33,574 nucleotides of DNA from a virus. Location of the stretch: the UHGV virus genome UHGV-0219389; one strand, 5' to 3'. The notes below the pieces were generated by a model. That model was not told where the DNA came from. It saw nothing but the letters and a program-made list of their open reading frames with translations, and ran no database searches. Every line of letters starts with the position of its first letter. Position 1 is the stretch's first letter. A program made the position numbers and the translations under genes. Positions 1-10,275 of this stretch are shown in pieces.

Positions 1-1479
1 GCCCCTCCCGTTCTGTTGCCCTACCAGCAGCGCTGGGTGGCAGATGCCTCTCCGCTTAAGGTGATAGAAAAGAGCCGTCGTACCGGTATTACATGGGCTG
101 AGGCATCCGATAACGTACTGACCGCCGCCTCTTCTGCGCCAGCAGGCGGGATGAATGTGTATTACATCGCTTATAACCAGGACATGACCGTCGAATACAT
201 TCAGGCGTGTGCGATGTGGGCACGGGCATTCAACTATGCGGCCAGTGAAATTGAAGAAGGATTCTGGGAAGAGGACGACGACGACAAACACATCAGGACT
301 TACACCATCAAATTTCCTGACTCCGGCTTTCGTATTGTTGCGCTCTCCAGCCGCCCGTCTAACCTGCGTGGCCGTCAGGGTATTATTGTTATCGACGAAG
401 CGGCGTTCCATGAGCAACTGGACGAACTGCTGAAAGCGGCGCTGGCGATGCTTATCTGGGGGGGAAAGGTACGCGTTATCTCCACCCATGACGGTGACGA
501 CAATCCGTTCAATACGCTTATCGGGGATATCCGTGCCGGACGTCAGGGCGGCAGCGTACATCGCATCACTTTCCGGGAAGCCGTATCTGAGGGGCTGTTC
601 CGGCGCGTTTGTCTGCGCACCGGGAAGGAATGGTCAGAGGCATCCGAGCAGGCCTGGATGGCGTCGGTGTACAAATTCTACGGTGCCGGCGCATCCGAAG
701 AGCTTGACTGTATTCCGGTCAACGGTGGCGGCGCCTGGCTGTCCCGTGCCCTGATAGAGTCCCGCATGTCCGCTGATACGCCGGTATTGCGTCTGACCTG
801 CAAGGAAGGTTATGAACTGCTGTCTGATGAGGTTCGCTTCCGCGAGACGCAGGACTGGCTTGATGAGTATCTGAAACCCTTGCTGGAGGCACTCCCCACT
901 GATGCCCGCTCTTTCCTGGGGCGCGACTTTGGCCGTAGCGGTGATTTGTCGGTGGACTATCCCCTGCTGCAGGAGAAGAACCTGGTACGACGCGTGCCAT
1001 TCGTACTGGAGCTGCGTAACGTGCCGTTCAGACAGCAGGAGCAAATCACCTGGTATCTGATGGATGGCCTGCCCGGTCTGCTGGGTGCAGCGTTTGATGC
1101 CCGTGGTAATGGTGCCTATCTGGCTGAATACGCCATGCAGCGCTACGGCTCCAGCCGGGTTCAGCAGGTTATGCCAACTGAAGGCTGGTACCGGGAGCAT
1201 ATGCCTCCGGTCAAAGCTGCACTGGAAGACGGTAACCTGGTGGACTTACCAAAGGATGAAGACACACTGGATGACCTGCGGGCCGTTCAGGTGGTGAACG
1301 GTGTCCCCCGCGTGCCGGAGCAACGCTCAAAAGCAAAGGCTGACGGTGGTAAACGCCACGGGGATTCAGCCATCGCACTGGCGCTGGCGTATTTCGCCAG
1401 CCGTGAAATTAACAAAGGGCCGGTGAAGGCAAGCTCACGCCGTCGTCGTCAGGCGGCCCGTATGCTGGAGGGATTCTGA
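1..1479 (+). CDS. phage terminase large subunit (Mu-like), probably 5'-partial
   Basis: ORF track 16..1479 begins at TTG, but the frame stays open back to base 1; Walker-B-like GIIVIDEAAF; stop overlaps the portal start (ATGA). Confidence 0.7.
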   Translation, partial: APPVLLPYQQRWVADASPLKVIEKSRRTGITWAEASDNVLTAASSAPAGGMNVYYIAYNQDMTVEYIQACAMWARAFNYAASEIEEGFWEEDDDDKHIRTYTIKFPDSGFRIVALSSRPSNLRGRQGIIVIDEAAFHEQLDELLKAALAMLIWGGKVRVISTHDGDDNPFNTLIGDIRAGRQGGSVHRITFREAVSEGLFRRVCLRTGKEWSEASEQAWMASVYKFYGAGASEELDCIPVNGGGAWLSRALIESRMSADTPVLRLTCKEGYELLSDEVRFRETQDWLDEYLKPLLEALPTDARSFLGRDFGRSGDLSVDYPLLQEKNLVRRVPFVLELRNVPFRQQEQITWYLMDGLPGLLGAAFDARGNGAYLAEYAMQRYGSSRVQQVMPTEGWYREHMPPVKAALEDGNLVDLPKDEDTLDDLRAVQVVNGVPRVPEQRSKAKADGGKRHGDSAIALALAYFASREINKGPVKASSRRRRQAARMLEGF

Positions 1480-2975
1480 TGGCGAGGGGTATCTGGGTTT
1501 CACCCGATGAATTTGTTGCTTTTTCTGAGCCTCAGAAATCACTGACCGCGCAGATTGCCTCCCGCAGCCGCGCGATCGACTTTTACGGACTGGGCATGTA
1601 TCTGCCCAATCCTGATCCCATTCTCAAGGCTCAGGGACGGGATATCCGTATCTACCGCGAACTGCGCACCGACCCGCTGGTCGGGGGCTGTATCCGCAGA
1701 CGTAAAGCAGCGCTCAAATCGCTGGAGCGTGGACTGGAGCGCGGTCACGCTTCTGCCCGGGTCTTCCGTTTCATCCGCGACATGCTCGACGATCTGGATC
1801 TGTCCCGCATCATCGGTGAGATGAGCGATGCCGTGCTCTACGGGTATCAGCCCTGTGAAATCATGTGGGGCCGTTCGGTCAGGGCGTGGGCGGTGACGGA
1901 TATTGTCGGCAAACCGCCTGAGTGGTTTCAGTTTGATACGGACAACTGCCTGCGCTTCCGGGCGCGTGATGCGGGTGTGGAGGGTGAGCTGCTGTCACCG
2001 TCAAAATTCGTGGTGCCGGCACAGGATGCCTCGTATGACAATCCTTACGGTTTCCCTGACCTGTCCATGTGCTTCTGGCCGGTCGCCTTCAAGAAAGGCG
2101 GGATGAAATTCTGGCTCCGCTTTGCCGAAAAGTTTGGCTCCCCATGGGTGATCGGTAAGCACCCGAGGGGGGCAAATGATGCGGAGATTGAAAAACTGCT
2201 GGACTCCATGGAGCAGATGGTGGAGGACGCGGTGGCCGCTATCCCTGATGACAGCAGCATCGAACTCAAAGCCGCGGATGGCAAGGCGGACAGCAGCGAG
2301 GTATTCCGCGAGCTGATCACACTGTCACGCAGTGAGATCTCCATTGCATTACTCGGTCAGAATCAGACCACGGAAGCGAACAGTAACAAGGCCTCTGCAC
2401 AGGCCGGGCTGGAGGTGACGGCTGATATCCGCGATGCGGATGCGGACATCATTCAGGCGGCAGTGAATCAGGTCATAAGAACGGTGGTCACCCTGAACTT
2501 CGGCGATGTGCCGTGTCCGGTCTGGGCCATGTGGGAACAGGAGGCCATTGATGACACCCGTGCCACCCGCGACGAAAAACTCACCCGGGCGGGTCTGCGT
2601 CTGACCCCGCAATACTTCAAGCGTGAGTACCAGCTGCAGGACGGCGATATTGACGAGACACCACCGTCAGAACGCGAGAAGAACATGCTGCCGCTGTCAT
2701 TTGCCGAGGCGATTGATGCCGATATTCAGGCTCAACAGCAGCTTGACGACGCGCTGGACATTCTGATGAACGGAGGTGTGTTAAATGGCACGCTGGAACC
2801 CGTCCTGGCACCTCTGTTTAAGCGGGTCGAAAACGGGGTTAACCCGTCTGAGCTGCTGGGCGAACTGGCGGAGCTCTACCCTCAGATGAACACGGACGAT
2901 CTGCAGGAACGGCTGGCCCGCATTCTCTTTGTGGCAAATATCTGGGGGCGTCTGCATGAGCGTGACAACGGCTGA
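1479..2975 (+). CDS. portal protein (Mu gp29 / DUF935-like)
   Basis: 498-aa ORF directly after terL, start overlapping the terL stop; size and position match Mu-type portal. Confidence 0.75.
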   Translation: MARGIWVSPDEFVAFSEPQKSLTAQIASRSRAIDFYGLGMYLPNPDPILKAQGRDIRIYRELRTDPLVGGCIRRRKAALKSLERGLERGHASARVFRFIRDMLDDLDLSRIIGEMSDAVLYGYQPCEIMWGRSVRAWAVTDIVGKPPEWFQFDTDNCLRFRARDAGVEGELLSPSKFVVPAQDASYDNPYGFPDLSMCFWPVAFKKGGMKFWLRFAEKFGSPWVIGKHPRGANDAEIEKLLDSMEQMVEDAVAAIPDDSSIELKAADGKADSSEVFRELITLSRSEISIALLGQNQTTEANSNKASAQAGLEVTADIRDADADIIQAAVNQVIRTVVTLNFGDVPCPVWAMWEQEAIDDTRATRDEKLTRAGLRLTPQYFKREYQLQDGDIDETPPSEREKNMLPLSFAEAIDADIQAQQQLDDALDILMNGGVLNGTLEPVLAPLFKRVENGVNPSELLGELAELYPQMNTDDLQERLARILFVANIWGRLHERDNG

Positions 2976-3777
2976 ACTGGCGTACTGCATGACGCTTCCC
3001 CCGAAGCGGGCAGTCAGTTACCTGAAGTCCAAAGGGTATCAGATTACCTGGGACTGGGAAGAAATGTGGCAGGAGGCCCATGCCCGCGCCTTTACCGTTG
3101 CTAAAGTGACCCGCCTGGATATCCTGGAAGATATTCGCGGGGCACTGCAGCAGGCTGTCGATGAAGGAAAAACCGATCGCTGGTTCCGGCAGGAGCTGGA
3201 GCCGGTGCTGAAGCGTAAGGGATGGTGGGGACCACGTGACACGACTGACCCGGTAACGGGTAAGCCAGTCACCATTCAGCAGGGCAGTCCGTGGCGGCTC
3301 GACACCATCTTTCGCACCAATATGTCCGTACTCTACAGCGCCGGTCGTTGGGCGGAACAGATGGAAAACGTCGACGACAGGCCGTACTGGATGTATACCG
3401 GCATCAACGACAGCCATACCCGCAGGAGCCATCTGGCGCTGCATGGTCTGGTGCTGCGCTGGGATGACCCGTTCTGGCAGGCATTTTACCCGCCGAACGG
3501 CTGGCGCTGCCGCTGTAGTGTGATTGCCCTGAGTGCGGCGGATGTACGTGCCCGTGGCCTGAAGGTTATCAGCTCCGGCTCTGCCATGGGCCAGGAACTG
3601 AAACTGGTCTCAGAGAAAACCGGCGAAATGCGGAACGTGGCCACCTTTAATACCGGCACCACGAAGGTGACCACCGACGTCGGCTGGTCTTATGCACCGG
3701 GGGCAGCATACCGTCCCGACCTGGCCCGCTATCAGGGTACGCTTCAGCCACTGGCACAACAGGAACTGAGAGGATAA
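2956..3777 (+). CDS. head morphogenesis protein (Mu F-like)
   Basis: ORF 2929..3777; ATG at 2956 preceded by GGGGG; position after portal as in Mu. Confidence 0.7.
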   Translation: MSVTTAELAYCMTLPPKRAVSYLKSKGYQITWDWEEMWQEAHARAFTVAKVTRLDILEDIRGALQQAVDEGKTDRWFRQELEPVLKRKGWWGPRDTTDPVTGKPVTIQQGSPWRLDTIFRTNMSVLYSAGRWAEQMENVDDRPYWMYTGINDSHTRRSHLALHGLVLRWDDPFWQAFYPPNGWRCRCSVIALSAADVRARGLKVISSGSAMGQELKLVSEKTGEMRNVATFNTGTTKVTTDVGWSYAPGAAYRPDLARYQGTLQPLAQQELRG

Positions 3778-3779
3778 CA

Positions 3780-4238
3780 ATGGCTTCCGATAACCTGGTC
3801 AGTATCACCATTAACGATAAATCCCTGCGCCGGAGCCTCCGTGCGCTGGATCTGGCTGCCACAGACATGGAGCCCGCGATGCGCAAAATCGCCGGAACCC
3901 TGCTGGCGGAAACACAGTTTAACTTTCTTGATGAGGGGCGTCCGGGGTGGATGCCCTCGCTGGCAGCGGAAGAACGTGACGGGCAGACACTGCAGGATAC
4001 CGGGCGTCTGATGGGGTCAGTATCAACCGACCATGACGACCGGCAGGCTGTTGTGGGGACCAACGTTGTTTACGGTGCCATTCACCAGTTCGGGGGTAAA
4101 ACGGGGCGTAATGAGTCTGTTGAACTTCCGGCCCGCCCGTTCCTGCCGGTGACGGGGGATGGAGAACTACAGCCTGAAGTGGTAATCCCCATCCTCGATA
4201 CCATTGTCCGCCATCTTGAATCAGCGGCCCGTCGCTGA
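3780..4238 (+). CDS. virion morphogenesis protein (Mu G-like)
   Basis: 152-aa ORF with GAGAGGA RBS, 2 bp after the F-like gene. Confidence 0.65.
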   Translation: MASDNLVSITINDKSLRRSLRALDLAATDMEPAMRKIAGTLLAETQFNFLDEGRPGWMPSLAAEERDGQTLQDTGRLMGSVSTDHDDRQAVVGTNVVYGAIHQFGGKTGRNESVELPARPFLPVTGDGELQPEVVIPILDTIVRHLESAARR

Positions 4239-4284
4239 GTTTTCTCTCTTCAGGCGGGTGATTTATCATTGCCAGCGAATGAGG

Positions 4285-4326
4285 GGCTGTATTACCTTTA
4301 TAAAGGCTTTACAGCCTCTGTTTTAT
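4285..4326 (+). terminator. nested hairpin (GGCTGTA..CCTTTAtaTAAAGG..TACAGCC) followed by a T-run; terminator or late-promoter regulatory dyad
   Basis: Perfect outer 7-bp and inner 6-bp inverted repeats in the 214-bp G/I intergenic gap, followed by tctgttttat. Confidence 0.35.
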
Positions 4327-4452
4327 AACCGCCTCCGGTTCACCGTATTGCTTTCCCTGTCCTTCTCCCCTGATGTTTTCTAAAGCAGATTAAAATCGCC
4401 GGGCCTGCATTTCTCACAAACTGTCTCCGACAACATAACGCGGGACAGCAAA

Positions 4453-5568
4453 ATGTCAGCCATTCACATTTTTAAAGCCGGTACTCATACCGATATGCAC
4501 GGCAAAAAACTGCCGTTCACGCCAGACGATCTTGCCGCCTGCGTGAAAGCCTATGACCCGTCCGTCCATGAAGCACCACTCGTGATTGGTCATCCCAGAA
4601 CGGAAGACCCGGCGTGGGGCTGGGTGAAAGCCCTGTCGCTCAGCGGCGTCGATCTGATGGCAGAGCCTGCCCAGCTGGACCCGCAGTTTGCTGAGATGGT
4701 CACCGACGGACGATTCAAAAAAGTGTCCGCCTCTTTCTACCTCCCGGATTCACCGTCCAATCCGAAGCCCGGCGTGCTCTACCTTCGCCATGTGGGCTTT
4801 CTCGGGGCACAGCCACCTTCCGTCAAGGGGCTGAAACAGGTGTCCTTCAGTGAGCAGGAAGAAGGTGTGGTGGAGTTCGCCGACTGGCAGGCCATCACGA
4901 ATGCCTCCCTGTGGGGAAAGCTGCGCGATTTTCTGATCGCCCGCTTCAGTCTGGACGAGGCAGAAAAAGTCCTGCCGGAATGGCAGCTCAACAGTCTGCG
5001 CGAAGAGGCGTACCGCGACACACTGTCGCAGGATGCAGCAGGTGCACAATTCAGTGAGACAGGCCCGGGGCCGTCTTCCGCAAGTAACGAGGAATCATCG
5101 ATGACAAAAGAAGAGATTGAAGCCCTTCAGGAGGAGAACCGCCGCCTGAAGCAGCAGGCTGCTGATCGCGATGCGCGTGATGCACAGGTCAGACAGGAGC
5201 AACTGCATAAGGACAATGTGGCCTTTGCAGAAAAACTGGTCGCAGAGGGCCGTCTGGCTCCCCGCGCCTCCTCCGTGGTGGTTGCCCTGCTGGATGCCGT
5301 CGCCGGTGGCGACAAGCCGGTGGAGTTTGCTGAGGGGGAAAGCCGCACACCGCTGGCCACCGCCTTCCGTTCATTGCTCTCCGACGGGGAGCCGGTGATG
5401 AATTTCGCCGAACAGGCCACAAAAGAGCGTGTCGGCGACACGGTGAAGGTGGATGTGGCAGAGTTTGCGGAAGCCGATCCTGAGCGTCTGGCCCTGCATC
5501 AGAAAGCAGTGGCCCTGTCCAAAAAAGAAGGCATCAGCTATGAGGCTGCTGTCGCACGCTGCCTGTAA
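4453..5568 (+). CDS. head maturation protease/scaffold (Mu I-like)
   Basis: 371-aa ORF between G-like and major capsid genes; Glu/Ala/Arg-rich coiled-coil-like C-terminal half typical of scaffold. Confidence 0.65.
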   Translation: MSAIHIFKAGTHTDMHGKKLPFTPDDLAACVKAYDPSVHEAPLVIGHPRTEDPAWGWVKALSLSGVDLMAEPAQLDPQFAEMVTDGRFKKVSASFYLPDSPSNPKPGVLYLRHVGFLGAQPPSVKGLKQVSFSEQEEGVVEFADWQAITNASLWGKLRDFLIARFSLDEAEKVLPEWQLNSLREEAYRDTLSQDAAGAQFSETGPGPSSASNEESSMTKEEIEALQEENRRLKQQAADRDARDAQVRQEQLHKDNVAFAEKLVAEGRLAPRASSVVVALLDAVAGGDKPVEFAEGESRTPLATAFRSLLSDGEPVMNFAEQATKERVGDTVKVDVAEFAEADPERLALHQKAVALSKKEGISYEAAVARCL

Positions 5569-5582
5569 TTTAAGGAGAGAGC

Positions 5583-6536
5583 ATGTCTGATTACTTAAAA
5601 GGTAAACGTGTCGTTGATCCGGTACTGACCAGTATCGCCCGTGGCTATAAAAATGCCGCATTCATCGGCGAACGTATTTTCCCCGTCGTGCTGACGGACA
5701 AGGAAGGCGTGCGTGTACCGACCTTCGGGAAAACCGCCTTTGTGGAATATGACACCGAGCGTGCCGTCGGGGCGGACAGCAATGTTCTGGTCCGTGAAAA
5801 AACAGGCACGCTGGACCTGGTGCTGGGTGAACACGATCTGGCTGCGCCGGTGGACTATCGCGAGCAGGCGGAGTCCATGTTTAACGAAGAGAGCAAGGCC
5901 ATCCGTCGCGCCACGAATGGCGTGAACCTGCGCCGTGAACTTATCGCTGCCCGTCTGGCTCAGGATGAAAAGGTCTACCGTACCGGGCACGTCAAAAAAC
6001 TGACAGCCAGTGATCGCTGGGCCGGTGGTAAGGGGGACCCCATCGGGGTGATTGAAGCCGGTATGGAAGCGGTCCGTACGGCCACGGGGCTGCGTCCTAA
6101 CCTGATGACCATGGGGGCCGGCGTGATGGCGCTGCTGAAGTTCCACCCGGCGATTCAGGCCGCCATCGGAGCCAACGAACGCAAGCGCATCACCACAGAA
6201 ATCCTGCAGGACCTCTTTCAGATCGAAGAGATCGTCATCGGTGCCCCGGTCTCCCTGCCGTCCATGAAAGCGGCAATGGATAAGAACAGCGTGCCGGCGG
6301 ATATCTGGGGAGACAATCTGATGCTGCACTATGTCGGCAAACCGCAGCCGGGGGCGGACAGCGCGGACGAGAACGAGCCGTCCTTCGGCTACACCCTGCG
6401 TCGTAAGGGGATGCCTGTTGCCGACAAATACGACGGAGCCGGTGGCAAGGTGAAGTACTGCCGTTATACCGATATCTACAAAGTCGCCGTGGTTGGTGGC
6501 GATGCCGGGTATCTCATTACCGGTATCAGTAAATAA
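5583..6536 (+). CDS. major capsid protein (Mu T-like)
   Basis: 317-aa ORF with GAGAGAG RBS, positioned after the protease/scaffold gene. Confidence 0.7.
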   Translation: MSDYLKGKRVVDPVLTSIARGYKNAAFIGERIFPVVLTDKEGVRVPTFGKTAFVEYDTERAVGADSNVLVREKTGTLDLVLGEHDLAAPVDYREQAESMFNEESKAIRRATNGVNLRRELIAARLAQDEKVYRTGHVKKLTASDRWAGGKGDPIGVIEAGMEAVRTATGLRPNLMTMGAGVMALLKFHPAIQAAIGANERKRITTEILQDLFQIEEIVIGAPVSLPSMKAAMDKNSVPADIWGDNLMLHYVGKPQPGADSADENEPSFGYTLRRKGMPVADKYDGAGGKVKYCRYTDIYKVAVVGGDAGYLITGISK

Positions 6537-6545
6537 GGAGGCGTT

Positions 6546-6884
6546 ATGGGAACCACTCAGCAGGTCATTCTGATCACAACCGTAACGGCAGGGGCAGCAC
6601 TGGCACAGCAGCGTTTTGTCGGGGCAGATAATACCCCCTGTAAAGCCGGTGCCGCAGCGCTCGGGGTTGCCGAAGTGGATGCTGTTACCGGCGACAGCAC
6701 GCCGGTGAGCGTTCTGGGCATTATTGCTGTCGAGGCCGGGGCCGCTGTCAGCCGTGGTGTGGCTGTTCAGTCAGATGCTCAGGCCAGAGCCGTGCCGCAG
6801 TCCGGCGACGGTAAATCCTGTGGTATTGCACTTGATGAAGCCGGGGGTGAAGGCGACGTCATTCGTATCCTGCGCGGGGTGTGA
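6546..6884 (+). CDS. small capsid-associated protein (DUF2190-like), hypothetical
   Basis: 112-aa Gly/Ala/Val-rich ORF with AGGAGG RBS immediately after the capsid gene. Confidence 0.45.
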   Translation: MGTTQQVILITTVTAGAALAQQRFVGADNTPCKAGAAALGVAEVDAVTGDSTPVSVLGIIAVEAGAAVSRGVAVQSDAQARAVPQSGDGKSCGIALDEAGGEGDVIRILRGV

Positions 6885-6885
6885 C

Positions 6886-7332
6886 ATGTACTGCACCCTG
6901 GAGGATTTGCTTGCGCAGGTGCCGGAGCGGACGCTTATCGAGCTCACCAGTGAAGAGATGGACTTCGACTCACCTGCAACAGTGAATACCCGTGTGGTGG
7001 ACAGCTGTATCCGCTATGCCGACGAGCTGATTGATGCCCATCTGCGCGGACGCTATATCCTGCCACTGGCAGAGATACCGACTGTTCTGCGGGACATTGC
7101 CATCACGCTGGTCCGTTACCGGCTCTACGCCCGCCGCCCGGAAGGTGACCTCCCGGATACGGTGAAGGATGACCACAAAGAAGCGCTGCGGCAACTCAGG
7201 GAGTTACGTGATAACAGGCTCACGCTGGGGCTGCCGTCCACTCAGAAAGATGTGCCTGAGCCTGGCGAGTTTCGTGTACGCAGTCGCCCGGCTACTTTCG
7301 GCGGTCGTGACGGTTTACTGGAGAAATACTGA
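6886..7332 (+). CDS. Mu gp36-like protein (DUF1320), head completion/neck
   Basis: In-frame ATG at 6886 just after the upstream stop (track ORF 6724..7332 starts earlier but overlaps the previous gene). Confidence 0.55.
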   Translation: MYCTLEDLLAQVPERTLIELTSEEMDFDSPATVNTRVVDSCIRYADELIDAHLRGRYILPLAEIPTVLRDIAITLVRYRLYARRPEGDLPDTVKDDHKEALRQLRELRDNRLTLGLPSTQKDVPEPGEFRVRSRPATFGGRDGLLEKY

Positions 7333-7796
7333 TGAACGTTCTGCCCGTCCTTGATGCGGTACTGGCCCGGTTACGCGAGAAGCTGCCGCAACTGCAGGTG
7401 GAGTACTTCCCGGAGAAACCGGCTGAATATCGCCTGAACCATCCGGTTGGCGCGTTGCTGTTGAGCTATGCCGGTTCGCGCTTTGACAGGCCGGATGATA
7501 CCGGTGCGGTGATCCAGTCTCAGACTATCCAGCTCTGCGTCACGGTGGTCTTCCGCCAGCTCAACGGTAAAAAAGGGGCGATTAATGTCCTGGATGCTGT
7601 CCGCCGCATTCTCGGTGGCCACACCCCGCCCGGCTGCCGCCGCCGTATCTGGCTGACCCGCGAGGTGTTTATCGGTGAAGTCAGGGGGCTGTGGCAGTAC
7701 GCCCTCGACTTCGCGACTGAAAGCGTCTTTATCGAAGACAGCGATTTACCGTCCGGCCCGCTGTTAACCGAAGTGAACTATGAGGAAAGCGAGTGA
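7332..7796 (+). CDS. Mu gp37-like protein (DUF1834)
   Basis: 154-aa ORF, start overlapping the upstream stop. Confidence 0.55.
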   Translation: MNVLPVLDAVLARLREKLPQLQVEYFPEKPAEYRLNHPVGALLLSYAGSRFDRPDDTGAVIQSQTIQLCVTVVFRQLNGKKGAINVLDAVRRILGGHTPPGCRRRIWLTREVFIGEVRGLWQYALDFATESVFIEDSDLPSGPLLTEVNYEESE

Positions 7797-8047
7797 TGAA
7801 AGAATACCGCTATTCCGGCCCGGCCAGCGGCGTCACGCTGTCGGACGGAACCGAAATCCTGCTCTGGCCGGGGAAGACGGTTTCCCTGCCGGAGGAGCAT
7901 GACTACGTGAAGGTACTGGTGGCGCTGAAACATCTGACGCCGGTACCTGAAGAGACTAAACCCGCCGGCACACCGGCTGTGCAGTCACCAAAGCGCAGAA
8001 GCAGCAGTGACAGCGAAGTGAAAACGGAGGACACCCATGGCAGCTAA
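7796..8047 (+). CDS. hypothetical protein
   Basis: Small ORF coupled between the gp37-like and sheath genes. Confidence 0.4.
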   Translation: MKEYRYSGPASGVTLSDGTEILLWPGKTVSLPEEHDYVKVLVALKHLTPVPEETKPAGTPAVQSPKRRSSSDSEVKTEDTHGS

Positions 8048-9464
8048 CTATCTGCATGGTCCCGAAACCATTGAGGTGGAAAACGGTGCCCGCCCGGTTA
8101 AAACGGTGAAATCTGCCGTTATTGGCCTGATTGGTACCGCCCCGATGGGGGATGTCAATACGCTGGTACAGTGCCTGTCTGAGAAAGACGCAGCGGCATT
8201 TGGCAGCCAGTTCACCGGCTTTACCATTCCGCAGGCGCTGGATGCGATTTATGACCATGGTGCAGGTACCGTTCTGGTCATTAACGTCCTCGACCCGGCG
8301 AAACATAAAACGGCGATCGAGGATGAGGTGGTTACCTTTGACAAATCGACAGGGCAGGCCAGACTGGCGCATCCGGTTGTCGCTAATGTGGTGGTGAAAA
8401 ACAGTGAAGGCAGCACCTCCCACACGGCGAACACGGACTACCGTGTTGATGCGCAGGCGGGTGTGCTCACGAACCTGGGCAAGGCTATTGAGGCCGGTGG
8501 CAGCGTGAAGGTGAGCTATGAGTACGCGGACCCGTCGAAGGTGACTGCGGCGGACATCATCGGCGGGGTGAACAGCGCCGGAAACCGAACCGGCATGAAG
8601 CTGCTTAACGACAGCTTCAACCTGTACGGCTATTTCGCCAAAATTCTGATTGCGCCGGTGTTCTGCACCCAGAAGAGTGTCGCAGTTGAGCTTATCGCCA
8701 TGGCAGAGAAGCTGGGCGCGGTAACCTACATTGATGCGCCTGTCGGTACCACCTTTGCACAGGCTCTGGCAGGTCGTGGCCCGGAAGGCACCATCAACTT
8801 CAATACCAGCTCCGACCGCGTCCGTCTGTGCTATCCGCATGTGAAGGTATATGACCCGGTGACAAACACAGAGCGTCTGGAGCCGCTCAGCCAGCGTGCA
8901 GCAGGTCTGCGTGCCAGAGTCGATCTGGACAAGGGCTACTGGTGGTCATCCTCCAATCAGGAGATTCTGGGGATCACCGGCGTGGAGCGCCAGCTGTCCG
9001 CGATGATTGATGACCCGCAGAGTGAGGTGAACCTGCTTAACGAACAGGGGATCACCACGGTATTCAGCAGTTACGGCAGCGGCCTTCGTCTGTGGGGTAA
9101 CCGGACGGCAGCATGGCCAACGGTCACCCATATGCGTAACTTTGAGAACGTTCGCCGCACCGGTGATGTGATCAACGAGTCCATTCGTTATTTCAGCCAG
9201 CAGTACATCGACATGCCGATTACTCAGGCGCTGATTGATGCACTGACGGAGTCGGTCAACGCCTACGGTCGCAAAATGACTGGTGATGGTGCGGTACTGG
9301 GCTTCCGTTGCTGGTTTGATCCGGCCCGCAATCCGGAGACGGAGCTGGCCGCCGGGCACCTGTTGCTGAGCTACAAATATACGCCACCACCGCCGCTGGA
9401 GCGACTGACGTTTGAGACTGAGATCACCTCGGAATACCTGTTAACCCTGAAAGGGGGCAACTGA
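8037..9464 (+). CDS. contractile tail sheath protein
   Basis: 475-aa ORF directly before the tube gene; size and position typical. Confidence 0.8.
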   Translation: MAANYLHGPETIEVENGARPVKTVKSAVIGLIGTAPMGDVNTLVQCLSEKDAAAFGSQFTGFTIPQALDAIYDHGAGTVLVINVLDPAKHKTAIEDEVVTFDKSTGQARLAHPVVANVVVKNSEGSTSHTANTDYRVDAQAGVLTNLGKAIEAGGSVKVSYEYADPSKVTAADIIGGVNSAGNRTGMKLLNDSFNLYGYFAKILIAPVFCTQKSVAVELIAMAEKLGAVTYIDAPVGTTFAQALAGRGPEGTINFNTSSDRVRLCYPHVKVYDPVTNTERLEPLSQRAAGLRARVDLDKGYWWSSSNQEILGITGVERQLSAMIDDPQSEVNLLNEQGITTVFSSYGSGLRLWGNRTAAWPTVTHMRNFENVRRTGDVINESIRYFSQQYIDMPITQALIDALTESVNAYGRKMTGDGAVLGFRCWFDPARNPETELAAGHLLLSYKYTPPPPLERLTFETEITSEYLLTLKGGN

Positions 9465-9985
9465 TGTCAAAGATTGAGATAAACCGCATCACGAATGCCA
9501 ACATCTATCTGGATGGTACTAACCTGCTGGGACGGGCTGAGGAAGTTAAACTCCCCGATGTCTCCATGATTATGCAGGAACACAAGGCGCTGGGGATGGT
9601 GGGTAAGGTGGAACTCCCGGCTGGTTTTGACAAACTGGAAGGCGAAATCAAATGGAACAGCTTTTACCGCGATGCGATGCTGTCTGCCGCGAACCCGTAC
9701 AGGTCGCTGGCACTGCAGTGTCGTTCCAGCGTCCAGCGCTACAGCTCGCAGGGGCTGATTGACGAAATCCCGCTGGTCACCTTCCTGACGATTATGTTCA
9801 AGAAGAACCCGCTGGGGACGTTCAAACAGCACGAGAACGCCGAGTTCTCCAGTAGCTTCACCTGCACGTATATCAGACAGGTACTGGATGGTGAAGAGCT
9901 GCTGCAACTGGACTATCTGGCCAACATCTTCCGGGTCGGCGGTGTTGATCAACTGACTGACTACCGTATCAATATCGGGGGCTGA
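9464..9985 (+). CDS. tail tube protein
   Basis: 173-aa ORF with start overlapping the sheath stop. Confidence 0.75.
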   Translation: MSKIEINRITNANIYLDGTNLLGRAEEVKLPDVSMIMQEHKALGMVGKVELPAGFDKLEGEIKWNSFYRDAMLSAANPYRSLALQCRSSVQRYSSQGLIDEIPLVTFLTIMFKKNPLGTFKQHENAEFSSSFTCTYIRQVLDGEELLQLDYLANIFRVGGVDQLTDYRINIGG

Positions 9986-9987
9986 CG

Positions 9988-10269
9988 GTGAGTGTTGAAC
10001 TGACGGATAAAGGAGGACGATGTGCGGCACTGGGCATGTCAAATGGTACGTGGTTTACCCTCCTTGATATTCCGGGGGTGGAAACCCTTTTTAATACCCG
10101 TAAAACCAATGACCCGATTGACTGCACACGTTCAAAGGCCCGCAAACTGGCGGATTTGATTGAAGCATGGGAGCCTCCCGACCACTGGTTCTCCGGCATC
10201 GGCAAATCTGAGGGAAAGACGCTTCTCATCGCTTTCCTGCGTAACTGCAAGGGGTTTCGCACTTGCTGA
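9988..10269 (+). CDS. hypothetical protein
   Basis: 93-aa ORF with non-ATG start; followed by a terminator-like hairpin. Confidence 0.3.
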   Translation: MSVELTDKGGRCAALGMSNGTWFTLLDIPGVETLFNTRKTNDPIDCTRSKARKLADLIEAWEPPDHWFSGIGKSEGKTLLIAFLRNCKGFRTC

Positions 10270-10275
10270 CATCAC

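Noticed and set aside
634-1200. 188-aa minus-strand ORF inside the terminase gene (also the antisense ORFs at 9467..10042, 14302..14802, 14934..15488, 17023..17496 and 17962..18456)
   Set aside because: All are antisense to genes of the contiguous late operon and are treated as chance open frames.
5595-6329. 244-aa minus-strand ORF antisense to the major capsid gene
   Set aside because: Fully nested antisense to a gene with strong contextual support; long antisense open frames are common in GC-rich coding DNA.
6724-6885. N-terminal extension of the gp36-like ORF
   Set aside because: It would overlap the preceding gene by about 160 nt; an in-frame ATG at 6886 directly after the upstream stop is the likelier start.
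7956-8840. 294-aa minus-strand ORF antisense to the tail sheath gene
   Set aside because: Same reasoning: antisense to a gene in the conserved late operon, Arg/His-rich composition, no RBS context.
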